Assembly (NCBI GenBank): GCA_049599475.1
Contig: JBMYOQ010000008.1
Span: forward strand, 32,001 to 96,000
DNA: 64,000 nt
Direction: 5' to 3'
Source of the DNA: Opitutales bacterium
GTDB lineage: Bacteria > Verrucomicrobiota > Verrucomicrobiia > Opitutales > JABSRG01
The translations under genes were made by a program, and so were the position numbers. The notes under the pieces were generated by a model that was not told where the DNA came from, did not search any database, and saw only the letters and a list, made by a program, of their open reading frames with translations. Below, piece by piece: positions 8,285 to 17,200 of this stretch. The first letter of the stretch is position 1; every line of letters begins with the position of its first letter.

Positions 8285-10435
8285 TCAGTTCGGTTCTGCG
8301 GATTGGGCGATGGTGATATCGTTGTCGACCCACTCGGTAATCCTATTGAAGTCGATGGGCCCGGTTCGAATGCGAGCTAGCCACATAGGGTGAATGTATC
8401 GCTCGTTGATGTTAGCTAGATAAGACCTCCAGGCTTGTGCTCCATTTTTAAGGGCCTCGATTGCGTTGTCTTGATCTGCTTGTTTTCCAAATTCTCGATA
8501 CAAATGAAGGTGAGTGGCTCCTTTGATTTTGTATCCATAATAGCGACCCAGATAGGCCATAGCCTCGATATCTTTGCTTGTCTCAGACAGTTCCCAGTCG
8601 TTGCTTTCTGGGATCGATTCGAGGTATTCCAGGGATGATGCCGCGTTTTCGAGAAGCTGTTCAGAAAGGTACAGAGGAGCTCTTCCCTTTAGGTCTGTTC
8701 CTGACTTTAGAGCTTTTGCATATTCAGGAATCGAAGCGTTTCCTGCCCCTGGATGGTCTCCCATTGTGATAAAGCGATCGACACTGTAAAAACCTGTTTG
8801 GCTCTTTGCTGCGTTGGGAACGCCCATACAGGCCTCAGGGTACCAACGATAATCGAGCGATCCCCAGTTAAAGCCTGTGACCAGCGGGTAGAGCATGGAC
8901 GCACCTTGCCAGGCCTGAAGAAAGGAACGAGCATCGATGCTCGGAAAGCGGGACTGGAGGATATTTACGAAGCGGTCATTGCTCAGTTCAGAGTCGTAAG
9001 CTAGGCGCCCCCAGAGCATCCATTGAAACCAGTGTTTGCGGATCTCAAGATCGTTGGGTTTTGGGTGGTTTTTTCGGATATGCTCGCGCCCCCATACCCA
9101 TCCGTCCGAGCCGAAGTAATAGCCTTCGGTGATGTCTTTAGGTATGTTTTGAACGAAGGTACGCAAAAAGTCCGGAGCCGCCCAGCGAAAGAGATAGGTG
9201 CTATCGTTTCGCATGGTCCAGATGGTTTTGAGCTCTTGCTCGTAGTCCTCAATGTCACGTGCAAACCGTTGATAAAAGGGTTGTTCGACTGCGCTATAGG
9301 CATGGGCCTGCGCGTATTTGAAACTGAACAGAAAATCAATTTGTGGATGTTCAATGAGTGGCTTAAACGTGTCTGCGATTGCCTGGGCGCCTGCTTGGTG
9401 TTGTCGGTGAAGAAATGTGATCTCTCGATTGGGTTGTTCGGAAACTGCATCGAGGACCGCCATTCCATAAGTTTCGAACATCCAGTCCTCTTTCGCTTGA
9501 TCGCTCGCATCATGCATGTTTTCACCCGTAGTGATGCCGATGCCCTTCAGATCTGGGTAGGTTAAAAACAGCTCCTTTACCGATTCTCGGAAATACTTCT
9601 TGGTCTCCGGATTCTCAAGGCTGTCGTCGATCCCGTATTTACCTTCGGTGCCGTAGTCGAAGACGTTCCATGTTACGAAGTAGAAGTCCACGTTGCGGCT
9701 TTTTCCATAACGCATGACTTTGCGCCAGAATTCGATTTTTTCGTTTATTGAAATTTCTAATACAGTCTCGAGTTCGTCCAAAATGTCGTCGCTGTCGAAA
9801 TTACGACCACGCCCGTCGTAGTACTTTTTCTCGAGGTCGACTGCGCGTTTTACATCGTCGAGTGCAATATCAGGATAGTTGGGCGGCTTTACCAACGAAG
9901 GGAATGGGTGCAGGCTCCATAATGAAATGTAATTATATCTGTGATACGCTACTTCATCGATGAAGTCCTCCCAGAAGCTCATGTCCCACATGTGCGGAAT
10001 ATTGTGCTGTGCGGCGTCTCCCATGTCGCTGTAACTGGGAGTGCGGGCGTCAAGGGGTATGTTTAGCTTTACGCCCCGCATGCGCATGTCTGGAGACTGG
10101 CGGTGGGGTTGTATGTCGTCGAGCCCGCCTCCGGAAAGAATTTCGGCAACTTCGAAGCCTCCGTACATCGCACCCGCCGGGTCTGTTCCGATAATTCGAA
10201 TTTCGCCACTCTGGGATTTTTGGATGGAGAAGGATTCCGGCTGGTTCGGATCCTCTTGTATTTCGAAAATTATAGTAGGTTCAGAAGCGGCTGGGACTTG
10301 CTTTATCTTGGAGGCGGCAAAGGCGATCGCTTCGATTGATTCATCGAAAATGATGTTTGAATACAAATTATACGACGTGACCAGGTGTAAGCAAATGGTC
10401 AAGCCGCGTCCAAGTAGGCGGTGAAGAGGTATCAT
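8285..10435 (-). CDS. Secreted putative glycoside hydrolase-like protein (GH20/GH67/GH115-type N-terminal domain plus barrel)
   Basis: ESFSI....IRIIGTDPAGAMYG..E motif typical of GH20/67 N-domains, followed by RMRGVKLN...RYNYISLW. Family is uncertain. Confidence 0.55.
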   Translation of the reverse strand: MIPLHRLLGRGLTICLHLVTSYNLYSNIIFDESIEAIAFAASKIKQVPAASEPTIIFEIQEDPNQPESFSIQKSQSGEIRIIGTDPAGAMYGGFEVAEILSGGGLDDIQPHRQSPDMRMRGVKLNIPLDARTPSYSDMGDAAQHNIPHMWDMSFWEDFIDEVAYHRYNYISLWSLHPFPSLVKPPNYPDIALDDVKRAVDLEKKYYDGRGRNFDSDDILDELETVLEISINEKIEFWRKVMRYGKSRNVDFYFVTWNVFDYGTEGKYGIDDSLENPETKKYFRESVKELFLTYPDLKGIGITTGENMHDASDQAKEDWMFETYGMAVLDAVSEQPNREITFLHRQHQAGAQAIADTFKPLIEHPQIDFLFSFKYAQAHAYSAVEQPFYQRFARDIEDYEQELKTIWTMRNDSTYLFRWAAPDFLRTFVQNIPKDITEGYYFGSDGWVWGREHIRKNHPKPNDLEIRKHWFQWMLWGRLAYDSELSNDRFVNILQSRFPSIDARSFLQAWQGASMLYPLVTGFNWGSLDYRWYPEACMGVPNAAKSQTGFYSVDRFITMGDHPGAGNASIPEYAKALKSGTDLKGRAPLYLSEQLLENAASSLEYLESIPESNDWELSETSKDIEAMAYLGRYYGYKIKGATHLHLYREFGKQADQDNAIEALKNGAQAWRSYLANINERYIHPMWLARIRTGPIDFNRITEWVDNDITIAQSAEPN

Positions 10436-10521
10436 GGTGCGGAATGTGAATCCTATTACAAAAACTTGGTGATTAGAGGGATTTTGTAACTGGATTTATT
10501 GCTGTTAACCGAATTCCGCGG

Positions 10522-11016
10522 TCAATTGTTTCGCATTTCTTGAATGCGCATCGGCATCGAATCGATCTGTCGAAAAATTGCATCGATATCCAGGCGTCGG
10601 CTACGGCTCTTCACTCCCGCATCTTTTCCAATCAGTGCGACATTGCCGGGTTGGATGGGATATTTCTCCGCTAGACTGCGTGGAAATGTGCGTTCGATCT
10701 TACCTGGAAAGTTGGAGGTGACTCGATTATCTGAGATGACGAACCAAAGAATATGACGCTCATCGATCTCAGCAGTTCGCGATTTTAGGGCAGATACCAA
10801 ATCCTCTGAGTCGTCTTCGGCGTCTACCAGAATGAGGCGGTTTTCCCATTGCAGTTCGTCAACATGCTTTAGCATCTGTGCTTCATCGGCATTCACGATA
10901 TAGGCAAAAGAGAAGAGAAGGGCACCGATACGAGTCTTAGCGCGAGCGCGCAAACTCGAGAATGGATTCAAAATTGGGTTCGTATCCCTTGCTCGAGTCG
11001 ATTTTGAGGATTTCAC
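10522..11016 (-). CDS. DUF4174 domain protein (true start possibly TTG at 10953)
   Basis: LQWENRLILV, LIGKDAGVK and IF.QIDSMPMRIQEM. Confidence 0.85.
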   Translation of the reverse strand: MKSSKSTRARDTNPILNPFSSLRARAKTRIGALLFSFAYIVNADEAQMLKHVDELQWENRLILVDAEDDSEDLVSALKSRTAEIDERHILWFVISDNRVTSNFPGKIERTFPRSLAEKYPIQPGNVALIGKDAGVKSRSRRLDIDAIFRQIDSMPMRIQEMRNN

Positions 11017-11473
11017 AGTTTAAATCCGGTGGAGTATAGCGGTTTGGAGGAAGCTTGGTTTGATTCAGAGGAGCATTGTGAAAAAAGTCCCAGCGGGTAT
11101 CTTTTTGCCTGCGCTCATTCACTCGCTGCATCGCGAGCTCTGCGGAAATGTCGAAAAGCACGATTTTTACCCTAGCGATCTTCGCGAGTTCTTCAAATTT
11201 TGGAGCCCAGAGTTTGTGCTGAAAGGCCGCTTCGGCGACCACGGTGGATCCGGACTCCAGAAGCAATTGAATGTTTTTGAAGAAGAGTTCGTAGACTTCG
11301 TGAGCTAATGAACCCCCTGGAGCGCCCTTGTCGCCCGTGGTATTCACGATTCCCTCTTTGATTCTGTCGCGACTTATGAGAGGGCACCGTATGGCCTCCG
11401 CAAGTTTGAGGGAAAGTGTTGATTTCCCGGATCCCGGACGTCCGGTTACAATGATTAAATTTGGCCTAAACAT
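10937..11473 (-). CDS. AAA_33-type P-loop kinase/ATPase
   Basis: Walker A GRPGSGKST and ISRDRIKE. Confidence 0.8.
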   Translation of the reverse strand: MFRPNLIIVTGRPGSGKSTLSLKLAEAIRCPLISRDRIKEGIVNTTGDKGAPGGSLAHEVYELFFKNIQLLLESGSTVVAEAAFQHKLWAPKFEELAKIARVKIVLFDISAELAMQRVNERRQKDTRWDFFHNAPLNQTKLPPNRYTPPDLNCEILKIDSSKGYEPNFESILEFARSR

Positions 11474-11530
11474 GGTCTAATATGTGCGCGGACGATTTGA
11501 TAATAGATCTGTGCTGATAAGATTAAGACA

Positions 11531-12139
11531 GTGAAATTTTCTGTTCGTAGGTTCCAGTATTTGGCGATCATAGGCCTCGTGATCGTCGTTTCCATGAAAC
11601 CCGGGGGCCTGGGCGCTGAGAGGGACCAGGAGGATTTTTTTATGGATGTATTGTTTGATTTTGTCGGAGATTCTCCCAACCCGGCCTGGCCGTCGGTGAA
11701 TGATGGGGTGATGGGTGGCATCTCACGTGGCGGCGCTTCGATTGTTCCGGAAGGGATGCGCTTCAAGGGCATTTTATCACTGGAAAACAATGGCGGGTTT
11801 TCCTCGATCCGGCGAAACGTGGAGCTGGATTTGTCCGGCTATCGAGGAATAGCTTTCCAGGTGCGAGGAGATGGGCGAACGTACGATCTACGCATCGAGA
11901 GTAACGCTCGGCTTTGGGGACGTTGGCCTGTGTCTTTTGGATCAAAATTTGAAACCCAGCGAGATGAGTGGATCGAGGTCCGTGTGCCCTTTGATACCCT
12001 CAATCAGACTTGGCGAGGGCGTCAGCTGGAAGGCTACAATTTCGACCCGAGTAAAATTCAAATGCTGGGATTTTTGATCGGGGACAAATCTCCAGGGGAA
12101 TTCCAATTGGAAATCGCGCGAGTCTCTGCTTTTCGTTGA
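11531..12139 (+). CDS. CIA30 family protein
   Basis: VNDGVMGGIS, LSLENNGGFSS, VRGDGRTY and GEFQLEI. Confidence 0.92.
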   Translation: MKFSVRRFQYLAIIGLVIVVSMKPGGLGAERDQEDFFMDVLFDFVGDSPNPAWPSVNDGVMGGISRGGASIVPEGMRFKGILSLENNGGFSSIRRNVELDLSGYRGIAFQVRGDGRTYDLRIESNARLWGRWPVSFGSKFETQRDEWIEVRVPFDTLNQTWRGRQLEGYNFDPSKIQMLGFLIGDKSPGEFQLEIARVSAFR

Positions 12140-12142
12140 CGC

Positions 12143-12328
12143 ATGGAAAGCGATTGCAGTGTGGTGTGCCCAACTTGCTTTGAGACCTTCGAGGTGTCAG
12201 GGCCGGCGGTGTATGAAGTGCCCACTGAGTGGGATTACGACTGCGAGGTCTGCTGCCGCCCGATGCTGATCCGGTTTTATGCCGAGGATGATGAGGTCTT
12301 TGCTGAGGCTTTCGGTATCAATGAGTAA
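12143..12328 (+). CDS. CPXCG-motif cysteine-rich small protein
   Basis: CPTC...DCEVCCRP zinc-ribbon pattern. Confidence 0.8.
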   Translation: MESDCSVVCPTCFETFEVSGPAVYEVPTEWDYDCEVCCRPMLIRFYAEDDEVFAEAFGINE

Positions 12329-12368
12329 AACCGCCTCTTGATCGTTCTACGATGATTTGAGCGCGCTC

Positions 12369-13163
12369 TTACTGCTTGTAGAGATTGTAAATTTCTAGGG
12401 CTCCGGGCATCAGCTCTTGAAGGCGGCGAATGCGTGTTTCGTCTGCAGGGTGGGTCGATGCCCATTCCGGAGGACTTCCGGATTTTTGGGCTTTCATCTT
12501 TTCCCAGAAAGTGATTGCGGCGCGTGGATCGTAGCCTGCTCGCGCGGCGTAGTAGAGACCTATTTCGTCAGCTTCGCTTTCATGGAGTCGGCTGAAGGGG
12601 AGGAGCACGCCAAATTGGCTTCCGGCACCATAGGCCGCCATAACCATGAGGCGCGTGTCGTCTTCCATATCACCGGTGCCTAGGTACAGGGCCGCTCCGA
12701 GACCCGCTGCCAGGAGTTGCTGTGACATGCGTTCATTCGAATGGCGCGCGGTAACGTGGGCGATTTCGTGACCTACAACAGCGGCCAGTTCATCCTCGGT
12801 ATCTACCAAATCGATCAAGCCCGTGTAGACGCCGACTTTTCCTCCGGCCATCGCGAATGCGTTTACCTGATCGTCGTCAAATACCACGAATTCCCACTGA
12901 GTATCTGGGAAGTCTTGCTTCACCACGGCCGAGATGCGCCGGCCAAGGCGTTGCACCATCGCATTGTATTTCTTGTTTTTTGAAATCTTGGTGTTGGCCT
13001 TCATGTCGTTGAAGGCCTGAAGTGACATGGACGTGAGCTGCGATTCAGGGATGAGGTTGAGCGCGCTGCGACCAGTCTCAGGGACGGTGGTACAACTAAC
13101 CCCCATCATTATAGTCAGGGCTAGAAGGAGGGGCGTAAGGGTGTGTCTGATGGAAGGAAACAT
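12369..13163 (-). CDS. M48 family zinc metallopeptidase lipoprotein
   Basis: Lipobox GVSC, NAFAMAGG, HEIAH, ESEADEIG and STHP. Confidence 0.93.
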   Translation of the reverse strand: MFPSIRHTLTPLLLALTIMMGVSCTTVPETGRSALNLIPESQLTSMSLQAFNDMKANTKISKNKKYNAMVQRLGRRISAVVKQDFPDTQWEFVVFDDDQVNAFAMAGGKVGVYTGLIDLVDTEDELAAVVGHEIAHVTARHSNERMSQQLLAAGLGAALYLGTGDMEDDTRLMVMAAYGAGSQFGVLLPFSRLHESEADEIGLYYAARAGYDPRAAITFWEKMKAQKSGSPPEWASTHPADETRIRRLQELMPGALEIYNLYKQ

Positions 13164-13186
13164 AGCAGAATAAATTTTTGGAATTG

Positions 13187-14143
13187 TCAGGCGACGAGAC
13201 CTGTATCTTCAGGAACGCCGGTTACAATATTGAGGCTCTGGATTGCTGCGCCAGATGCTCCTTTGCACAAATTGTCTATTCGGCATGCCAGGAGGAAATG
13301 TTTAGACCCCGTTCCAGATACAAATATTTCTGCGCGCTGACTTTCGGCGCAGGCCGTAGGGTCCATCAGTCCTCCAGATACCATTTCTGGGGAATTCGCT
13401 GGGAACACGTTTATGAACTGCTCTCCGGCGAAGTGCTTTGAATAGGCGTCGGTAATCGATTCCGCAGATTGATCAGGTTTCACAAGTTGTGATGCGTGGA
13501 CTGGAATAGTCACGATCATGCCGCGGTAAAAACGCGCGACGGTTGGCAAGAATGCCGGAGCGTTGTCGAGCCCGCTCCATTGTTGCATCTCGGGCAAGTG
13601 CTTGTGTTGCATAGCAATTGCGTAAGGACAGGCGGCGAGATGTTCCCCTGGATCTGACTCAAATTGCTGAATCATCTTTTTTCCGCCTCCACTATAGCCT
13701 GTGAGGGATGTGGCACTCAGGAGTGCGTCGGGGCTGAGGAGGCCGGCGTCGACCAACGGGCGCACCAGAAGTAAGTAGGCCGTGGAATGACAACCGGGAT
13801 TGGCGATGCGCTTGGCTTTCTTGATCTTCTCCCGCTGGCCTTCAGTGAGCTCCGGGAGGCCAAAGGCCCAATCAGGGTGTGTCCGGAATGCAGTGCTCGC
13901 GTCGATCACCACGGTGTCAGGATTTGTGATCAAGGGGACGATTTCGCGCGACGCAGAGTCTGGCAGGCACAAAATGCTGATATCTGCTTGGTTGTGCAGA
14001 TTCGCTCGGGCCTCGACATTTTTCCGCTGCTCTGGGTCGATCTCCAAAATTTGGATATCCGAGCGGGCATTGAGATACTTTAAGATCTCAAGACCGGTGG
14101 TCCCTTCGCTTCCGTCTACAAATACTTTAATCTGCTCGCTCAT
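13187..14143 (-). CDS. argC: N-acetyl-gamma-glutamyl-phosphate reductase (type 2)
   Basis: VFVDGSEGTTGL, DASTAFR, IANPGC, GYSGGGK and DNLCKGASGAA. Confidence 0.95.
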   Translation of the reverse strand: MSEQIKVFVDGSEGTTGLEILKYLNARSDIQILEIDPEQRKNVEARANLHNQADISILCLPDSASREIVPLITNPDTVVIDASTAFRTHPDWAFGLPELTEGQREKIKKAKRIANPGCHSTAYLLLVRPLVDAGLLSPDALLSATSLTGYSGGGKKMIQQFESDPGEHLAACPYAIAMQHKHLPEMQQWSGLDNAPAFLPTVARFYRGMIVTIPVHASQLVKPDQSAESITDAYSKHFAGEQFINVFPANSPEMVSGGLMDPTACAESQRAEIFVSGTGSKHFLLACRIDNLCKGASGAAIQSLNIVTGVPEDTGLVA

Positions 14144-14246
14144 AGTAGAGGAGGGGAACTAATCCATCATCGCTACATTAGGCAATGGGTAAATATTCGA
14201 TAGGAGCTGGCTCAACAGGACCCGCTGTCGCTTGTGATTATGTTCC

Positions 14247-17200
14247 TTAACGGCGCTCTGAGATGATCACCGTGGTCTCACGTTCACCGTGTTCGACCAG
14301 CAGGGATATTGGCAGCCCGTGAGACGGAACGGTTGATGCGTTTAATCTCGATTCCAGGTGATCATACTGCAACCAATCTGGAAGTTGAGAACCATCGGCG
14401 ACACGTAATCCGATCTGCGGTTGATTCTTGAGTCCCTCGGGCAGTTCGAACGAAAACCCGTGGCCTGAGGTGGAGGTTCCGCTTGGTAATGTGATTACGA
14501 TAAGTCCGTCCGTGATTTCTGTAGTTCTCGTAACGAACTGAGTGGATACATCTTCGAAGTGCGTGTAGGGACTGATGATGGACGCTGTCGTCGTTTCTTG
14601 TATTGTAAAAGTATAGTTGCCGAGATCTGCACCTGAATATGCATATGTGAGGTTTACTGTTTTGTCGGAGCCGACCATCGCGTCCTCAAACATTCCAGTC
14701 ACGGAGTAATTCACGGTATCTCCGCTGAGAATTCCTGAGAAGGTGACACCGTTTGTATTCAGCGATGCATCCAGAGTTCCGTCATAAATTTTATCGTTTG
14801 CGGTGATGCCACTAATGGAAACGCTGGCGGGGGTAATGTCGGCAGTAAAGCCCGAAGGTTGGACTAGAGTGTAGTTCCCCGCGTCAGTGCCGCTCAGAGT
14901 GTATCCGTTGACCGTAACGGGTTTTCCATTACCTACATTTTTGTCGGAAAAGGTTGCGGAGCCGGAGTTGTTGAAGCTTACATTATCACCACTGAAGACT
15001 CCGGAGAGAGTTGCACTTGCGGTATCTAGAGTCGCTGCAGTGTTCGCGTCGTAAACTTTGTCGTTTGCTGTAATGCCGACGATGGAAACGCTGGCGGGAG
15101 TAATGTCGGCAATCAGGCCCGAAGGTTGTGCGAGGGTGTAGTTTCCTGCGTCGACGCCGCTTAGGGTGTAGCCGCCGACAGTTACGGATTTTTCAGCGCC
15201 TACATTCTTGTCGGCAAATGTTGCAGACTCGGTGTTGTTTAGACTTACAGTATCTCCGCTTAAAATTCCGGAAAGAGTGGCGCCTGAGGTATCTAGGGTC
15301 GCCGTAGTGTTAGCGTCGTAAACTTTGTCATTTGCCGTTATGCCGCTAATGGATACTGTGACGGGCGTAATATCGGCGCTTAGGCCCGAAGGTTGGGCAA
15401 GAGAATAGTTTCCCGCGTCGGCGCCGCTTATCGAATACCCACTGACTGTAACGGATTTTCCGTCGCCGACATTTTTGTCTGAAAAAGCGGCCGTCCCGGT
15501 TCCGTTTAAGTTCACGATGTCCCCACTTAAAGTGGATATCGATGCAGTGCCGGAAAGCGAAGCGTCTGTTGTGGTGTCGTAGACTTTGTCAATTGCCGAA
15601 AGGCCCGTAACGGTTAGCGCGTATGGGTTTACCGTCAGCGACCCGTTGCTCAAGGCCCCTACGGTATACCCAAGGTCGGGTAGGGTGCTAGCTGTAACGG
15701 AATACGTGCCTACTTCAAGTCGAGCGGAAGTAGAATATGTCGCGCCATTCACAGTCATGGTGACACCGCTGTCTCCATTTACGATCGTTCCGACTGAGGC
15801 TGTGAAGGCAGGTATGGTGTCTCCATAAGTAATCGTCTCGGAGGATATGCTTCCTGAAAGATTTATTTGCTCACGATAAATGGCATTGTTGCCTGCGCTC
15901 AGCGCTGCTGTGTAGTTACTCACCGATTCGTCGGAGTTATACCGAAACCGCCCGCTGCCAGAACCGATGAAATCGGTGAGGCCCGTCGATCCAGAAACGC
16001 TACCAGAATACAGAGTGGCACGCCCTCCACTGCCCATAGATATCGTGGGTGATCCGCTAATGTTCAAATCTCCTCCTGTAGATGTTCCGGCGGATTCGTC
16101 TAAACCGGCATTTAGAGTGACTGCGCTGGTCGTATTGTCTGTAGTGGAAATGTCCTGACTTAATGTTAAGTCTCCAGAGCGCGTGGCTATGTTTATTGTT
16201 CCTGTAGAGCTCAAGCCGTTTGTGCTTCCGATCGAGCCGATCTCGACTGCGTTGGAATCAATGTAGAGTAGGCTGTCTACACCGTTCGCTGCCAAAGTGG
16301 AAACGTTGCCGCTGGCGTTATCCAGACTGATGGCCCCATCGAGCAGCGCGAGGTTCTCTGCGACTACGTAACCGCCAGCTCCGTCGGTAACGTTTCCTGC
16401 ACCAGTCAGGGTAATTGTATCGTTCGTAGCGGTTAAGGCTGAATTGATGGTGATATCGTCGCCAATTATGTTTATTGGACCGGAGACTGTGATATCTGAA
16501 GAGAGAACAATGTCTGATGTATTACCTGCTTTACCCAAAGTGAGCCCGGACGCATCGGTAGATATATCATAGTCGTTTGATTGCCAGGTGAGTGTTCCGC
16601 TAAAACTTGCGCTCACAGGCTCTATAGTGACCGTGCCGCTTGTATTGAATTCGAACCCACCTCCTGAATCGAAAGAGAAATTGTCGGCTTGGATATTAAT
16701 ATTGCTGGTGCTCGCTGTGACATCTGTCCCGGCTCGATAACCAATAAAAAAATCATCATCGTACGGTTGTAGCGGTCCACCGCCATTTGCGAGGAAATCA
16801 ATATCACCGCTTGCGGCTAATATGTGTGCATTCTCTTGAAATCCGAGATCACGATCATCCCCGGAACCGCTAATGGAAATACTTCCCGTTCCGGTTGCTT
16901 GAATGGTGCCTGTGCGACCGAAACCTACCGCGAAATTTAACCCGATATTTTCGATGAAAGCACCCCCATTAGAAATTCCTGAAAGGGTAATATCTCCATC
17001 TTGTGTTCGAATCATTGTGTCCGCTACACCTCCCGGTCCGTAGCTGATGATGACTCCGTTGGCGAACCAACCATTCGACCCCTGGCCTTCCATGGTAATA
17101 TCTCCTGACGTGCCGGCATCGATCGTGATACCTTCGAAGGTGTGGATACCGGAGGATTCGTCATCAGACGCGTCGCCGACTGTGGAGTTTCCGCGCATCG

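Noticed and set aside
14580..15630. Regularly spaced repeats as a possible CRISPR array
   Set aside because: In-frame coding repeats with a 267-nt period, no unique spacers and no cas genes.
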